A stretch of 35,464 nucleotides of DNA from Candidatus Dadabacteria bacterium RIFCSPHIGHO2_12_FULL_53_21 (GTDB lineage Bacteria; Desulfobacterota_D; UBA1144; Nemesobacterales; UBA2774): NCBI GenBank assembly GCA_001775255.1, contig MFCJ01000073.1:1-35464 (forward strand), in the 5' to 3' direction. The notes beneath the pieces are model-generated. The model was not told the origin of the DNA, ran no database searches, and saw only the letters and a program-made list of their open reading frames with translations. This document shows, piece by piece, positions 33,749 to 35,464 of this stretch. How positions within the stretch are numbered: the stretch's first letter is position 1; each line of letters begins with the position of its first letter. Made by a program: the position numbers and the translations under genes.

Positions 33749-34441
33749 TTATCCCTGCCTGCATTCTTCTACAAACGATTCGAATATACGGTCGGCTAAT
33801 TCCGATTGTTCGCGCTCGGGGTGCCATTGTATCCCCACTATGTACCGGGGCTCCCGGGACTCGATCCCTTCCACGATCCCGTCGGGGGCCGTTGCCGAGA
33901 CCCTTAAGCCCCTCCCTATCTCTTTCACCGCCTGATGGTGGTAGCTATTTACATGAAATTTGCTCGATCCGGACATTTTATGGAGCAGCGTGCCGTCTTC
34001 TATGAGTATATCGTGAACGGCCCCTTTTTCGTGCGGCATCGCGTCGGGCAGGAAGGAGGAGATGTCCTGGTAGAGGGACCCGCCGAAGAAGACATTAAGG
34101 AGCTGCATCCCGCCGCATATGCCGAGGACGGGGATCCTTCTCTCGCTGGATTCTTTTAACACGATGAACTCGGTCTCCGTCCTTTCGATGCTCATGGGTC
34201 TCAGCTTCGGATGAGGCTCCTCGTTATAGAATTTGGGGTCCATGTCCCTCGACCCCGGAAGCAGCAGGCCGTCAATACGGGAAACGGTTTCCTTTAGGAG
34301 CCCGGGGCTTTCCGGTATCGATGGTATCAGTATCGGGATCCCCCCGGCCTTAGCCACTGCGCGGGCATACGCGTCCTCTATGACGAAACTGCCGTCCTTG
34401 ATGTCGGTCGTTATGCCTATTACGGGTCTCTTACGGTCCAT
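33749..34441 (-). CDS. Class-I glutamine amidotransferase, peptidase C26 (PuuD / gamma-glutamyl-GABA hydrolase-like)
   Basis: 230 aa. Nucleophile elbow GICGGMQLLN and IQWHPE His/Glu motif. Confidence 0.85.
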   Translation of the reverse strand: MDRKRPVIGITTDIKDGSFVIEDAYARAVAKAGGIPILIPSIPESPGLLKETVSRIDGLLLPGSRDMDPKFYNEEPHPKLRPMSIERTETEFIVLKESSERRIPVLGICGGMQLLNVFFGGSLYQDISSFLPDAMPHEKGAVHDILIEDGTLLHKMSGSSKFHVNSYHHQAVKEIGRGLRVSATAPDGIVEGIESREPRYIVGIQWHPEREQSELADRIFESFVEECRQG

Positions 34442-34484
34442 GCGTTCCCCGGAAATGACGAAACGTGTTTCGAGCTAAAGATAT

Positions 34485-35096
34485 TTGTCCCGGCAAAAAA
34501 AGCAAGACCGCCTGAGCGGCGCCGGAAAATTTGTCTGTGGGAAATTCTTTTCTGCATTATTCTTATCTCCGGTATCCGGAGCGGCCTCGATAATGTTGAA
34601 GGGCATATATTTCGTTTTGATCTCCACTCTTTCTGCGTTCCTGTTTTATGTTTTCTTCGGGACCGCGCTCGGATACGAGCGCCCGTTTTTCATCCTCCCG
34701 CTTTTTCCTGTCTTTCTGGGGATTCACGTAATTCTCAGTATCGTGGTTTATGCGGTGTCGTTACGCGGAGAATCGAGGAAAATGAGGGCGGGGATGGCCT
34801 CGAAGGTCAGGGGAACCGTTTTCATTCTTGTCTCCGCGCTTATACTGTCGGCCCTTTTTCCCGCAAGCTCCGTGGCCGGTCTCTATCCCGTCCGGATGGC
34901 GGCGTTCCACCTCCTCATACTATTCTACGCCGGCATATCTTTGGGGGCGGTGAGCCTTTCGGGGGCACTCTTCCTCTGGAGGAACGGGATTTACCTGTCC
35001 CTGCTCAACAAATATGTATTCACATTTGCGGTGCTTATATCCCTTGGTATATCTTTTATCACGGTGTATATGTTCGGGCTGCTGCCTGTCAGTTAA
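34485..35096 (+). CDS. Hypothetical polytopic membrane protein
   Basis: About 6 hydrophobic helices and no recognisable motif. The start is uncertain: TTG at 34485 or ATG at 34593. Confidence 0.5.
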   Translation: MSRQKKQDRLSGAGKFVCGKFFSALFLSPVSGAASIMLKGIYFVLISTLSAFLFYVFFGTALGYERPFFILPLFPVFLGIHVILSIVVYAVSLRGESRKMRAGMASKVRGTVFILVSALILSALFPASSVAGLYPVRMAAFHLLILFYAGISLGAVSLSGALFLWRNGIYLSLLNKYVFTFAVLISLGISFITVYMFGLLPVS

Positions 35097-35133
35097 ACTG
35101 ATGGTACTATGGCGGGAAGGAGAGTGTAAATAT

Positions 35134-35464
35134 ATGCGCAGGTTTTTGACGTTCGCGGCGTGCCTGCTTTTGATATCTGTCGCGGTTTCGGGCTGTGATG
35201 CGATAAAGGGCCTGTTCAACCCGTTTGCGGGTAAATGGAGGTCGGGGATGCTTGAGCTCGAGTTCGAAAACGACCGCACTTTTAAATTCGTCATAGGGAG
35301 CACGATATCGGTCAATCTCGGCGGAGAATACAGCTACGACGATAAAACGCTCGTCCTGAAATTCGACAAGGTGAGCGAAGTGAATTTCTTATACGAATTC
35401 AGCGGGGACAAGAAAACGCTTACACTCGTCCCCGAGACCGATTTCGACTACATTAAGACAAGGC
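35134..35464 (+). CDS. Putative lipoprotein (3' end beyond the window)
   Basis: Absent from the ORF track because it is open-ended. ATG at 35134 lies 8 nt after GGAAGGAGAG. The N-terminus MRRFLTFAACLLLISVAVSGC has a signal peptide with lipobox VSGC. The frame is open to the last base. Confidence 0.7.
   Translation, partial: MRRFLTFAACLLLISVAVSGCDAIKGLFNPFAGKWRSGMLELEFENDRTFKFVIGSTISVNLGGEYSYDDKTLVLKFDKVSEVNFLYEFSGDKKTLTLVPETDFDYIKTR

Noticed and set aside
1-35464. Mobile elements, prophage, CRISPR arrays, rRNA and tRNA genes, defence islands
   Set aside because: I saw no transposase, integrase or recombinase-like ORFs, no direct-repeat arrays and no tRNA-like cloverleafs. Gene content is core-metabolic, with short spacers throughout.

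Overview
This 35.5-kb window looks like bacterial chromosome (about 50% GC by eye, phylum not determinable from the sequence). It is densely packed with about 33 protein genes. I found no rRNA, tRNA, CRISPR array, transposase or integrase. All calls come from by-eye reading of the sequence and the ORF track, with no searches run.

Most of the window is housekeeping:
- pdxA (partial), tatD, nrdR and glyA
- nadK, and prfB with its programmed +1 frameshift
- a class-V aminotransferase, sbcD and a CDF metal exporter
- aroC, dnaB, glycerate 2-kinase and a NuoE-like 2Fe-2S protein
- TerB, a VKOR-thioredoxin fusion, a yqjD/yqjE-like pair and a C26 amidotransferase

Two regions stand out.

1. Reverse-strand operon, about 12000-20205. 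It opens with a textbook c-di-GMP-I (GEMM-I) riboswitch aptamer at 20065-20160, including a GAAA tetraloop and the 11-nt tetraloop receptor. The first gene encodes a 919-aa three-domain fusion: an N-terminal PilZ c-di-GMP receptor, an alpha-oxoamine synthase (BioF/Kbl/SPT/CqsA family), and a large GNAT-type N-acyltransferase region. Tightly coupled downstream are a polytopic PDZ/multi-TM/GAF histidine kinase, a REC-PAS-HK-REC hybrid kinase and two small unknown proteins. No DNA-binding output domain is present. I read this as a candidate c-di-GMP-gated module (RNA level plus protein level) that makes an N-acylated amino-ketone, either ceramide-like or autoinducer-like. I do not recognise this architecture as described.

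2. FadI/FadJ-like pair, 28422-31873. Both ORFs are intact, but by-eye alignment shows non-conservative substitutions at signature catalytic or cofactor positions in all three active sites (thiolase, hydratase, dehydrogenase).

Smaller observations and rejected ideas are listed separately.
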